Shown here: piece after piece, positions 14,176-27,165 of the stretch
Position numbering within the stretch: position 1 is the stretch's first letter
Layout: each line of letters begins with the position of its first letter
Source of the DNA: Octopus sinensis
Taxonomy: Eukaryota
DNA: 64,000 nt
Assembly (NCBI RefSeq): GCF_006345805.1
Contig: NC_043003.1
Coordinates: 73,966,001-74,030,000, forward strand
Reading direction: 5' to 3'
Position numbers and translations under genes: made by a program
The notes under the pieces: model-generated
The model's input: the letters and a program-made list of their open reading frames with translations, nothing else
Database searches by the model: none
Told to the model about the DNA's origin: nothing

Positions 14176-16556
14176 GTTACAACACATGGGCACGCACACA
14201 GACACACAGACAGACACACACACATGAAAAAAACGACCTAAATTTTAAAATGCCAGTGGAAGTCCGTACAAATATCAAGTTTGAAACAGGAAATGAAAGT
14301 TTATGTAATGACTTATTTTTCACTACATAACTCGAATGTTTTAAATAATTTCTCTAGCAATAATCATTTCAGTTTCTAACAATATGTGTATATTTTCCAA
14401 TGAAATATTCAGCAAATAGGCAAGAAAGCACTTCCGTGCGATGTAGGGAGAATAACCTTCAATGCTGCTCAGTATTTTATCGTGGTTGTGTTGTTTACTA
14501 AAAAAGCCCTTCATTCTAATTACTTTGCCAAACGTATAAATTTCAAGCAGAAATACTACTAACGTTGTTGCTTAATAAATGCATTATTGTGAATTACGTT
14601 ACTTCTTTCTATTAATCAAATGGGAAAACTACTCATATTTTTTAGCACTAAAAATTATATGCATACGTTTCACTTTCATACGATGGAATATCATATGACT
14701 CATGTACGTTTTTGATGAAGCTAAACATAGTGAAGTCCCATTACTACGGACAAAACAGATTTTAGTTGTTAGCTGCAAGATTTCACTTGAAATTGATCAA
14801 ACTTATCCAAGTATAGATTGTATGTAGTCGTTCGAACTACGTGATATAACTAATAAATTTTGGTTTATGTATCGCAAATCTTATGGAAATATAATATAAC
14901 GATACGTTGAACAAGGTGGTCCCTCAGATGCAATTAAACAGGATCAACATGGATGCAAACACTGTAAAAAGGCTGAAATTAGCATCTAAGACAAAATATC
15001 AATCTCGATTCCCATGGAGCTGCCTTCTAGCGATGAATATTCGTATAAGAATTGGTTACAAATACTGGCGAATGTACAACATTCCACACACATATACATA
15101 TAAATATATATATACGTATACATTTCTAATATATTTAGACATATATGGGTGTGCATGCCTTCGGGTGTACTCAAACATTTTATTGACTGATTAAAGATCA
15201 CAAGCTACATAAACATGCTTGATATGCTTTCGAAAGCTACATATTTATAACATAGTGAAGTCGGTAAATTTATTAAAACATAAATTGAATTATTTATAAA
15301 CACTAATAATAAAGAACAAATGTTATTAGTTATGAAGAGGTTATATTCATTAGAAGGATATTGGCTGAAGATATGAAAGTTATTCGTGTGTGGTCGGGTA
15401 AGTAGAAGACGAAACAATAAAAATGAAATCTTTGAAGTTAGAACGTAGTGAAGGGGTTTTATTATTATACAGTAATGCAGTAGGATTATTATCTTCATGT
15501 TGCTTCCTATTCTCGACCTTCTGCTGTCATTGTACGCCTTAGTCGTTTCCACTTAACTCTGAAACTTGGACAGGTGCATTCATTCTAAAGAAATAGATTG
15601 TTCTGTTTTTCATTAAATAACTATCTACTTCTTAACAATTCTCGCACGCGTGAAGCCACTTGGTTGCGCTCTGATGGACGTGAGTTCCATTTTTGTATGA
15701 CTCTGTATGACTGACTGGCTAATGGAGCGAACTTATAGGCAAAAGATAAGTAAAATGTGACTGGCAACACATTGAACTCGTCAGAGTTTTCATTCACGAA
15801 GGTACAACAAAATTCTTCACTGCATAGATTGCCAGGGTTTACCATATGGCATAAGCCTGATTTCCGCAGGCATATCATCCATCATTGCTTTAACATTGAT
15901 ACTCAAAAGTTAGTTATGCCTCATTTCTATGTTAAAAAAGGAGCTGATTGCAATTAATAAAAATGTAATGGCAATTTCAGAGACGCCAAATTTAGTTGCG
16001 AAATTGAATACAACTGGGAATATAAGAGGTGCTTATATGTCAACAGGTGTGCATTTTATATGGTTAGTTAAATATCAGCAGGTATGCAGCCCGTATGGTT
16101 AGTGCGATATACATGCACATACATTTAGAAGTGTAGTTCTTATGTTCACGATGGTTCTGTTTTTGCTGTTAGTTTATTTCCTGATTTGATGAAAAAACAT
16201 GTTGGTCTTGGTATATTAAATCGTGTTATTTTTAAAGAATTAGGATCCGATTGTTATTGGAAAAATGATATTTCTCAATAATCAGACCAATATTTCTTGG
16301 TTTAAATATAATTTGAGAGATTTCTACGATATTACTTTGAGAAATATTGCCCTCAATTAATATCAAATATACAGAAAACAAATCTTAAAAATGCTTTCCC
16401 CCACCAAAATGAAACGTTTCTGTACAGCAAAATCGGTAGCTAACCAAGAAAATATAAGGCCATTTTCAGATTCAGCGTCCTTATATTAGCTAAAGATGTT
16501 TGGTGTCTGGAAAGCATTTCAAATTTTGCTTTTGTTGACCAGTGTAATTAATAAGA

Positions 16557-16878
16557 ACTAGCAGTAAGACCACCCTTTGGCGGATTTGTGCCAGCCCCTT
16601 GATAATATTTTCACATTTGATTCCCATTTCTAATAACTTTTAGATTTTAATCTAATTATTTCTTTGTATAATAGTGCTCACTTGCTTAGTAAATTTTGCT
16701 TTCATTATTTTATTAGTCATAATCTCTCTTTAAAGAAAAACATCACGGTAGTCCAACATCGGAGGGAGAAGCAGTTTGTCAAGTTTTACCTTTCCCTCAA
16801 AGTAACATAGAGATTTCAATTGAGCAGCCCATCTGTAAGCTTCGCAGTGTGTGTCTGTGAGAGAGAGAGAGAGAGTGA

Positions 16879-16928
<50 letters not shown>

Positions 16929-17990
16929 GAGAGAAAATATTGCAAACAACGAATGAAGTAAACATTAAATGAATAAATTGTCTAAATAAATGTATTCTCC
17001 CCCAAATTTTTTGCCGCATAACATCCAGAAAAATGGACACTTTTTAACAAAATTTTCTACAATTACCGCTTCGATGTTGCGGCTTCAGAGTATATAGGGG
17101 TTTGTGCTGAATACGTCTTGCGAGAAGGTGGAGAGAAGAGTTTCAGAAAATTTACATGATTTCATTTTTTACCTTCATAACATTCGAGTAGATGGGTATC
17201 TTTTAATGAAAATTTATACAAATATCAAACCGCATAGATTACGAGTATAAAGATATTTGTGGGGAAATTTTTTCCCGGATTTTACCGTTTTTTTTGAAAA
17301 CCACAGGCTTCGAAATCATGTGCTTGGTGGGGGCACCTTAGAATGAAAACTGTTTGAAAACTCTATTTTTTACACCCTATTCCCTCATTATCCCGCTGTG
17401 GACCTATTTTGGCCAATCTTTTTGCACTTCAAAACCATGGGCAGAGCATTTCCGGTAAAAAAAAACTTGTTCATATTTTCAGAGGTAAATTTGATTTAAG
17501 GGCGATTTGGATGTTGTTTCTTGCACATCCAAAGACAACCATCCTTGTTTCTTTATCATTCACGCATATATTAATGTTTTTTCAATATTTCCCCCCATTA
17601 ATATATTTTATGCTATATAAAAAAGAAAATTTGAAAAATTATGAATTTTTTGCAACCTCTCTCCCTGACCCTGATTGTTTCTGTCCAGAAATTAAAATAT
17701 TAGAGACCCCGAGAAGGCCGTTGTTAGCATTTATCCACAGTGATTTGAAACAAATTACGGAGATGTACTTCCATAGCAAGTGACTTCATTTGAGATCGTG
17801 TGCTGAAAGAAAAACAATTGCAACGTGGAAGATGTTTGTAAACCATTCTATAACACACATATGCCGTAAGTTTTACTTCAACATTAAAATTTGATTTGTG
17901 CCAAAATATTTTCGTCGCTTTAAAACAGCAACCTGTTCACTGACAGAGCTTCACAAAAGTGATGCATCAGGAAATATTGTCAGTGAACAG
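16557..17990 (+). mobile_element. Possible long non-autonomous Helitron-like element, extent uncertain
   Basis: Seen: ACTAGCAG start followed by a GC-rich hairpin-like segment; 13-bp inverted repeat at 17933-17945/17978-17990. Class is inference. Confidence 0.25.
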
Positions 17991-18741
17991 CATACACACT
18001 CACATAAACACACACACACGCACACACAAATGCACACACACGCACGCTCCTACACGCGCACGCACACATCTATTGCTTTTTATTTTGTGTATGTGTATCT
18101 ATGAGTGTTTGGAGACTGTGAATAAGGAGCAAGTATGGAGTATTTGTCGGTAATGTTTTCTCCTCGTCTTCTAATAGTAATTACCTAACTTTGTAGGCTC
18201 TTCTCACAGCTATCTCGTATTCAAAATTTATAGTTATTTAAAAAATGTTCATTCAATAAATAATGTTTTTCACATTACGTGTACATTAATAGCGAATTAA
18301 AATTTAAAAGAGAGAGTGAGAGGCTTTGCAAATGCAAATGGAATACTCTGCAGTGAATGCAATGAATATTTAAATTTGAGTTGCGAGAAAGTGAAGTTTA
18401 AAAAAAAAATCAATAAACTTGAGAAATCGAATTTATAGGAAATTTTTTAGAACATAAATTTATGAAAATATTTCAAGGCAGTCAACCCTTTAATGATTTA
18501 TTTCTTTTAGTACTTTTAGTAATCCTTACATGCTTAATTAATAAGAAGTTTTCTCCATTATAGTATAGATTTCAAAATGGAATGTTTAAAAATGCGCTAT
18601 TATTTAGTTTATCATGAATTTGATACTCTCAAAGCTACAATATACATACTGAAATTAACATTCAATTTATCAGATCAAATGGGAGTATATCCTCGCAGAG
18701 AATACCATTCTAGCTTTTTCTATTATTAGAAAAAATTCAAA

Positions 18742-18797
18742 GTCTTAGAGCTGTTTCTTGGATATCCCTCGGTATGTAATATTCTGTCATCAGAGAC
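18742..18797 (-). ncRNA. Decayed type I hammerhead ribozyme skeleton
   Basis: Minus strand: GTCT CTGATGA (29 nt) GAAAC AGCT CTA AGAC. Stem I GTCT/AGAC is intact. One C-to-G change would restore palindromic stem III ACAGCTGT with a GUA triplet. Stem II is not recognisable. Confidence 0.4.
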
Positions 18798-20433
18798 AAA
18801 TAATGAAAAAAATAAAGAAAAAGAGAATCGTATTTATTAATGAGATAGCGACATAGAAGTGAGAAAACGAATAAGGAGATGGAAAGAAAGAAGGAAAAAG
18901 CATAAAAGTTAATAGTTCAAATTTCCAAAGTTATAGAACCCAGAGTATGAGTCCTTTGGTGCAATCTTGCGTAGATCCATGAGGGTTAAGATCCTGACGT
19001 AGTAGACATCCCAATAAAAAAGAAGCTAATATATCAGCGTTCAATAACAGAACAGTAGTAAAGATGGCTATTAAGTGGTAAAAGGAAAGAAAAGAAAAGA
19101 AATAGGAGAGGTAGATAGAGAGAGGGTAATTTTAAGGATTGGCTATAGGATAAAGTAAGGGGCTTAGGTGTATGGTGTCTAAGAATTGTCTACGGGGTAG
19201 CTGAGAAGATAAGAGGGACGATGTGGAGATAGAAGAAGAAGACAGGGTAAAAAATAGAGCAAATTGAAAGGAATTTAGAAAGAGTAGCAGATATATGTGG
19301 TAGTCTTAAAGTCTAAAGTTGCTGGGGACGAAATTTAATAGTAACTGCTTGTGTCCGTTCTGGCTACGGTCAGTAGCTGTAGAGTTATTTTTAGAAATAG
19401 GGTTATGGGTATTTAGGTAGTTGAGAATGGAAGAGCAAGTTGAATGTTAAGTTATTTATGAGTGGGTGTTAAAGTTAAGGCATTTATATTAGGAGATTTA
19501 TTGGGTTAATGTTTTAAAATAAATTAAGGATTAATATATATCTCATAGTGTGAAGAGGTAAGGTAGATAGAAGAGAGGTAAGATATAATGTAGGAATAAG
19601 AGTTATAGTAATATAGAAGGGGCATGCATTATGGACATTGTGGATTGTATGTGGGTCAATGCGAGGAGTGTGAGATTTCATTTAAATTTATGACAATATA
19701 AAAGTGCAGAAGAATTTGTTCACACGTAGTGAGGACCACGCTGTATTAGTTAAGAAATTGTGGTGAGTTGTGTGTTAAAACTTTGAAAGCATCTTATAAG
19801 CAGAGTCCACTACGGGAGTGTTCGCTCTGATATGGGGTACCCGAGTGTATTATAGCCCAAGAAAGTTTATAATATATTTTTTTATTAATTAAATGGTGTA
19901 CGTGTCTGGTTAGTGATGTGGCATTGCTTTTCTCTTTTTATTTAAACGAGTTTAAATGTGTATAATATCTTTGTTTATAAATGGTACTAGATCCTATGTA
20001 GTAGCTACAGGAGTTATCTACCATGTTGTGAACTGCCCTTGCAGTTATCTGTTGCATGATGGTTAATTGGAAAGGGAGATGAGGCAGTGCTGATAGTAGC
20101 TAGTGTGGTATTGGGTGGATCGATTGTGATACTGCTGTTATTATTGCTGTCGTTTTTAGTATTGATATCAACGCCAGCGTAGCATTAGCATTGTTATTAT
20201 TATGGTCATTATCATAATCATTATCGGCGTTGCCATTGTAGTTACTATTATCATTTCTATTACTATAATAGTACTGTATACGACTTGAGATATTTTCCTT
20301 GCCTTAATGTTTGCTGTTCTCTGTATCAGTTATATAGCCGCTGCATCGGAATTCTGCAATGGCGCCATAACTACTGTCTCGGCTATAACCTTCGTACCCT
20401 ATTAATCCGTTGCAGCACTTACCTAGCGTACCT

Positions 20434-20491
20434 AATAGTTTAGATGACTTGTGAAATAAACCCCCATACTTTGTATATATATATAGATATG

Positions 20492-20549
<58 letters not shown>

Positions 20550-20888
20550 TATAGATAGATAGATAGATAAATAGGATATACATATAGATTGATGGATAGA
20601 CTGATAGACAGATAGATACATGCATGTAATTACAAATTGTGTTCATAGAAGATATTAAAGACATACTGTATAACAATTATAATGTGTGATTTGCCATATT
20701 TAATTGAATTTTGATCCGATATATAATAACTTATATGCATTATATTTCTTTTCCGCTTTTGCTTTTGATTTCTCTAGTATATTTATCCACTGTTTTGTAT
20801 TTCATTTGCCTTTCCTTTCCATGTAAAATAACCATTATCGCAGTGATAATTTCAGATTTTGCAACGTGTTTATATACATGTTTCATTT
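20434..20888. repeat. Segment A, directly duplicated at 23413-23927, contains (GATA)n
   Basis: Seen: near-identical unique sequence from AATAGTTTAGATGACTTG to GTTTCATTTA at both sites; mainly the microsatellite lengths differ. Confidence 0.95.
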
Positions 20889-21163
20889 ATATTTCTAGGA
20901 GTTATGATTACATAAGCATTTTTTTGACTACCTGCTTTCCTTACTCTAATCCTCTCTTGTAGTCTTAAACCTTATATTGCAACAAAGAAGATGATATATT
21001 TTAATATGTTCAATTCATATATATTATTCTATTTCCTTACAGGATCTTGTGTTTGTAGCATTGTAAACTTGTCTTTGAAGCAACATAATGATGTATTGTC
21101 TGGTGATAGAAAATTTTAAGTACCCTCGTTTCCTACGTGTGTGTGGGGGAGTGTATATATATA

Positions 21164-22325
21164 CAGGATGGGTAAGATATTTGATGACAGATTTACGTTA
21201 ACTTTATTTATTAAAAATGCTATGACGATAAAAATGCACCTTTTCTATAATGTTATTCAATAAACAACCTTCAGCTTCAACAACTGTTTCTATGTGAGAT
21301 CTAAATCATCTACATGCTCGAATCAAGTGATCTCTGAGTATGGCAAATTTCAACGAATCATTGCTGTTATGGGTGTGTTCATTGACCTCTTTCTCAACAA
21401 CGCTCCACATGTAATAGTTCAATGCAGTGAGATCTGGGGAATTAGAAGGCCAAATGTTAGGGGTTATATGATCAGGAAAAAATTCAGCCAACCATTCCTG
21501 TGTTACTAGAGCCATGAGTAATAGTGCAGAATCTTACTGAAACACATATGACCTTCCATTGCATACATCGTTAATCTGGGACTTAATTATTTCCAGGACC
21601 TCAATGTAAGCGGCAGATTTAAGACTAAATTCTTGTGGAAAGACGTAAGGAGGTATTACATGTCTTTCATTGCTGACACGCCTAAAACATAATATTTGGA
21701 GGAAATTTTTATGCATAACACTTGAAACTTCAAAAAGGTTTGCACATAACCATTCGTCATTTCTTCTGTTAAATATTTAATGTTCCCCACGTTTGAGAAA
21801 AACAAATCAAATATTCGCTGCTGGCTGTTTCAGTTTGTTCAAGAGTCTTTTAGATCTGGTGATTTTCTTTTGCTTTTTCTGACATTTTAACCTTTCCTCT
21901 TCATATAAGACTTGTATCTGATCTCTTCGTGGACAACATTTCCGACTATTCTTTCTCACATAAGTAAATCTTTTACAATTGACCGCATGGAATTTCTCGT
22001 ATTTTAATCCATGGTCTGCTGAACTCGCTCGCTAAATTCAGGTGTTCTGAGGATTTCAGAGTGCTTAGAATGCTTTTTTATGCTTTGATACTGGTGATAT
22101 GTTTCTATATTCATTCTCTACTTTCTTAAAAACTTTGTAGACGAAAGATCTAGCAACTTTTCAAAGTCGAGATATTTGTAAATCGCTACGCTCAGCCTTT
22201 ATAACAGCAATAACAGCATGCCTCTTCAGTTTTTGAGTAAGCTGATAGTCTGCAATTATTATTTTCTGAAACAAATATTGTACAGTGTCAACAAAAAACG
22301 TATGTCCGCAAATGCCTTGCACACC

Positions 22326-22330
<5 letters not shown>
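21164..22330 (-). mobile_element. Decayed Tc1/mariner transposon, DD37D (maT-like) transposase pseudogene
   Basis: Minus-strand translation: VSNERHVIPPYVFPQ..YVFQ*DSA..TQEWLAEFFPDHITPNIWPSNSPDLTALNYYMW. There are 37 residues between the second catalytic D and the position of the third (here N). The transposase-5' end reads TACAGGGTGTGCAAGG on the minus strand. Confidence 0.85.
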
Positions 22331-22403
<73 letters not shown>

Positions 22404-23415
22404 TATATATGATCAAAATAAAAACATGATGCCAAGGATTCAGCGGTACATATGTTTCGGGCCTTTATTAGACAGATTTATAACAATGCATAATGTATGT
22501 CTGTGGCCTTCTTCAGCCGCGCACAACAGCTTCCACAAGGACATGTGTTACATCAAAAATTCTTGGTTGGGGATGCAAATCCTCTCATTCGCGTACGACA
22601 TAATGCGGCAACAGCATAGAATTGAAGCGTCCATCTTTTTCTTCTCTCAATGTAGAATTGAGAGAAGGCCACAGACATACATTATGCATTGTTATAAATC
22701 TGTCTAATAAAGGCCCGAAACATATGTACCGCTGAATCCTTGGCATCATGTTTTTATTTTGATCAATATATATATATATATATATATATACAGGGTGTGC
22801 AAGGCATTTGCGGACATACGTTTTTTGTTGACACTGTACAATATTTGTTTCAGAAAATAAAAATTGCAGACTATCAGCTTACTCAAAAACTGAAGAGGCA
22901 TGCTGTTATTGCTGTTATAAAGGCTGAGCGTAGCGATTTACAAATATCTCGACTTTGAAAAGTTGCTAGATCTTTCGTCTACAAAGTTTTTTAAGAAAGT
23001 AGAGAATGAATATAGAAACATATCACCAGTATCAAAGCATAAAAAGCATTCTAAGCACTCTGAAATCCTCAGAACACCTGAATTTAGCGAGCGAGTTCAG
23101 CAGACCATGGATTAAGATACGAGAAATTCCATGCGGTCAATTGTAAAAGATTTACTTATGTGAGAAAGAATAGTCGGAAATGTTGTCCACGAAGAGATCA
23201 GATACAAGTCTTATATGAAGAGGAAAGGTTAAAATGTCAGAAAAAGCAAAAGAAAATCACCAGATCTAAAAGACTCTTGAACAAACTGAAACAGCCAGCA
23301 GCGAATATTTGATTTGTTTTTTCTCAAACGTGGGGAACATTAAATATTTAACAGAAGAAATGACGAATGGTTATGTGCAAACCTTTTTGAAGTTTCAAGT
23401 GTTATGCATAAAAAT
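21705..23415. repeat. 1.7-kb near-perfect palindrome: arms 21705-22512 and 22663-23415, 150-bp spacer
   Basis: Seen: the right arm is the reverse complement of the left with only a few substitutions/indels and a shorter (TA)n. Confidence 0.95.
22443..22520 (-). ncRNA. Minimal type I hammerhead ribozyme, PLE-type
   Basis: Minus strand: GCGG CTGAAGA A GGCC..GGCC C GAAAC ATAT GTA / CCGC. Stem I is 4 GC pairs, stem II is GGCC/GGCC plus ACAGA/TCTGT, stem III is palindromic ACATATGT, triplet GUA, predicted cut between 22447 and 22446. Knowledge: matches the CUGANGA/GAAA/NUH consensus of PLE-associated minimal HHRs. Confidence 0.8.
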
Positions 23416-23452
23416 AGTTTAGATGACTTGTGAAATAAACCCCCATACTTTG

Positions 23453-23483
<31 letters not shown>

Positions 23484-23491
23484 TATATATA

Positions 23492-23571
<80 letters not shown>

Positions 23572-23991
23572 GATAGATAGATAGATAGATAGATAGAGAG
23601 ATAGATAAATAGGATATACATATAGATTGATGGATAGACTGATAGACAGATAGATTCATGCATGTAATTACAAATTGTGTTCATAGAAGATATTAAAGAC
23701 ATACTGTATAACAATTATAATGTGTGATTTGCCATATTTAATTGAATTTTGATCCGATATATAATAACTTATATGCATTATATTTCTTTTCCGCTTTTGC
23801 TTTTGATTTCTCTAGTATATTTATCCACTGTTTTGTATTTCATTTGCCTTTCCTTTCCATGTAAAATAACCATTATCGCAGTGATAATTTCAGATTTTGC
23901 AACGTGTTTATATACATGTTTCATTTACTCCACCACCTACACCACCAAACGGTATACACAGGTGCTTATAATTATCAAGTACTCACCCCGA

Positions 23992-24032
<41 letters not shown>

Positions 24033-24129
24033 TACATATGACTGAAATACATATTTTTAACATTTTAAAACAAACCTTCTGTAGTTTTTTCACTTTTTAC
24101 TATTTTCTCTCTCTCTCTCTCTCTCTCTC

Positions 24130-24167
<38 letters not shown>

Positions 24168-24451
24168 CAACAATTGAGGGCAAAATTAATTAATTATTAA
24201 TCAATTTCACCAAGTGTTCAGTATGCAAAGGGACCATTCAAGGCGAATTCAAATTATTACATTATATAAAAGGGCTTAGTAAAATAAATTACTTTGCCGC
24301 ATACTGAACTCATTAGAAATAGCAGCTAAAAAACTTTTTTAAAGCTATTTCTAATACTTAAAGAAAATCTCTCTCATATATAGTGTTTGCTTAATTCAAC
24401 TCACAAAAGTTTGGGGGTAAGGACATCGAAAAATCAAATGCTAAGGTTATT

Positions 24452-24503
24452 TGAGAACGTACGTTTCAAGATTAGTCAAAACAACACTTCTATCATCAGC
24501 TCA
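24452..24503 (-). ncRNA. Type I hammerhead motif, copy 1 of the 540-nt unit
   Basis: Minus strand: TGAG CTGATGA TAGAAGTGTTGTTTTGACTAATCTT GAAAC GTAC GTT / CTCA. Stem I TGAG/CTCA, palindromic stem III ACGTACGT, triplet GUU. Stem II is weak and non-canonical. Confidence 0.65.
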
Positions 24504-25171
24504 GAAATTCCTTGGTTTGGATTTGGAAACACTGAAAATAAGAACATACCCTTTCGAAGATCTGCTCGTAACTAACAGTGCCAACAAATCAAATTAAGCA
24601 AGCGAAGAATCTCTGTTCTCCCCTTTCACCAGCGTGGCTTAAAATCATCAAACACTATGCTTATTTCGGTAAAATCCGAAGCATTAATCAGAGGGAGATT
24701 AATTATAATTTCAACAATTGAGGGCAAAATTAATTAATTATTAATCAATTTCACCAAGAGAGAGATTTTCTTTAAGTATTAGAAATAGCTTTGAAAAGTT
24801 TTTTAGCTGCTATTTCTAATGAGTTCAGTATGCGGCAAAAGTAATTATTTTACTAAGCCCTTTTATATAATGTAATAATTTGAATTCGCCTTGAATGGTC
24901 CCTTTGCATACTGAACACTTGGTGAAATTGATTAATAATTATTAATTTGCCCTCAATTGTTGAAATTATAATTAATCTCCCTTGATTAATGCTTCGGATT
25001 TTACCGAAATAAGCATAGTGTTTGATGATTTTAACCCACGCTGGTGGAAAGGGGAGAACAGAGATTCTTCGCTTGCTTATTTGAATTTGTTGGCACTGTT
25101 AGTTACGAGCAGATCTTCGAAAGGGTATGTTCTTTTATTTTCAGTGTTTCCAAATCCAAACCAAGGAATTT

Positions 25172-25226
25172 TGAGCTGATGATGATAGAAGTGTTGTTTT
25201 GACTAATCTTGAAACGTACGTTCTCA
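25172..25226 (+). ncRNA. Type I hammerhead motif, copy 2
   Basis: TGAG CTGATGA(TGA)TAGAAG..ATCTT GAAAC GTAC GTT / CTCA; carries an extra 3-nt repeat; predicted cut after 25222. Confidence 0.55.
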
Positions 25227-25710
25227 AATAACCTTAGCATTTGATTTTCGATGTCCTTACCCCAAAACTTTTGTGAGTTGAATTAAGCAAAACACATATA
25301 TGAGAGAGATTTTCTTTAAGTATTAGAAATAGCTTTAAAAAAGTTTTTAGCTGCTATTTTAATGAGTTCAGTATGCGGCAAAGTAATTTATTTTACTAAG
25401 CCCTTTTATATAATGTAATAATTTGAATTCGCCTTGAATGGTCCTTGCATACTGAACACTTGGTGAAATTGATTAATAATTAATTAATTTTGCCCTCAAT
25501 TGTTGTTGAATTATAATAATCTCCCTCTGATTATGCTTCGGATTTTACCGAAATAAGCATAGTGTTTGATGATTTTAAGCCACGCTGGTGGAAAGGGGAG
25601 AACAGAGATTCTTCGCTTTTATTTGAATTTTTGGCACTGTTAGTTACGAGCAGATCTTCGAAAGGTATGTTCTTATTTTCAGTGTTTCCAAATCCAAACC
25701 AAGGAATTTC

Positions 25711-25762
25711 TGAGCTGATGATAGAAGTGTTGTTTTGACTAATCTTGAAACGTACGTTCTCA
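25711..25762 (+). ncRNA. Type I hammerhead motif, copy 3
   Basis: TGAG CTGATGA (25715-25721) .. GAAA (25747-25750) C GTAC GTT / CTCA; predicted cut after 25758. Confidence 0.65.
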
Positions 25763-26082
25763 AATAACCTTAGCATTTGAATTTTCGATGTCCTTACCCC
25801 CAAACTTTGTGAGTTGAATTAAGCAAACACTATATATGAGAGATTTTCTTTAAGTATAGAATAGCTTTAAAAAAGTTTTTTAGCTGCTATTTCTAATGAG
25901 TTCAGTATGCGGCAAAGTAAATTATTTTACTAAGCCCTTTTATATAATATATATATATATTATATATATATATATATATAATATATATATATATAATATA
26001 CAATATATAATATATATATATATATATAATAGATAGGAAGATAGATAGATAAATATATACATACATACATACATACATATAA

Positions 26083-26115
<33 letters not shown>

Positions 26116-27040
26116 GATATATTATATATATATATATAAACCGAGTTAAAGAAAGAATTCTTTTAATAGACCAGTTTTATTTGAAGTATTTATGTGAGAA
26201 TGTCTTTGTAGATATCCAAAAATGAAACTTTTTTTAGGTGAAATCATAATTTAAATATTTTTCATCAGTGCTTAATGTTCCAGTAAATATTTTCTTGAAA
26301 CTCTAGATTGATTTCTTTAGAAATAACTTACGTAATGGGCATTCTAATGAGTTATAAAATTTCCTGAATGGCGACAACTCTATGTAAAGGATTAATTATG
26401 TACTTTATTACTATGTGGTGCTCTTTATGTTGCAAGCTGTGCAACGCACAATCTTGCTCTATGGTCTCCAAAAATGGGTTTTACGATGGAAAGTTGAGAA
26501 AACTTGTGTATTATTCTCCAGTGGTAAAACCCGTATTTTTTAGATCTCTATTAATGTCCATTTTGTTCCTGAGTTATTTTATATCTATCATTTGTCATAA
26601 TTAAGATTTCCTTTGGATTATATTTTTATTGTCATACCAATGTAATTATCGACCATGTTCAACATTTCTTTCATTTTTACTTATCAGCAAATGTTTTCTC
26701 CACAAATCTGACGCATGTGAGTTCACAAATCTTTGTCCAGAACAAAGAATCAAGCAGAAGAGGAAACATTCAAATACACATGTACTACCAATCATTTTTA
26801 TTAATATATGCTCATCATAACATTTACGGGAATTTTATTACAATTTCCATGTTTGAGAAGCTACTTTAAATTCTGTTCGTGCATCATTTCCATATTTGGG
26901 ATCATATCATGCACTTCTGTACGCCTCTTCATGAATGAATATTTTTTTATTTAAATGTTAAATGAATACTCTATTTTCGTGCAGCGCAAATTTAATCGTT
27001 GAGTAGCTTTATGTTTGCGTTGTTTGAAAATATTTAGGCA

Positions 27041-27041
27041 T

Positions 27042-27075
<34 letters not shown>

Positions 27076-27084
27076 ACGCACACG

Positions 27085-27125
<41 letters not shown>

Positions 27126-27165
27126 ACACAATCAAACACACACATACAATCACACACACACACGT
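27041..27165. repeat. (CA)n microsatellite
   Basis: Seen directly. Confidence 0.97.

Larger units (their letters stand above)
24161..25948. mobile_element. Array of a ~540-nt non-coding unit: one antisense copy (24161-24758) plus ~2.2 sense tandem copies (24759-25948), retrozyme/PLE-pLTR-like
   Basis: Seen: period 544 bp in the left copy (24161 vs 24705) and 539 bp in the right run; flanked by (TA)n on both sides; one HHR motif per unit. Class is inference. Confidence 0.8.

Noticed and set aside
15621-15957. Short ORFs on both strands, one with a TM-like GISSIIALTLIL segment
   Set aside because: Too short, no consistent exon boundaries, no recognisable domain.
20304-20433. Sushi-like SYGAIAEFRCSGY peptide and a consensus AG/GTAAGT donor on the minus strand at ~20422
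   Set aside because: The peptide lies on the intron side of the donor and no matching exon could be built.
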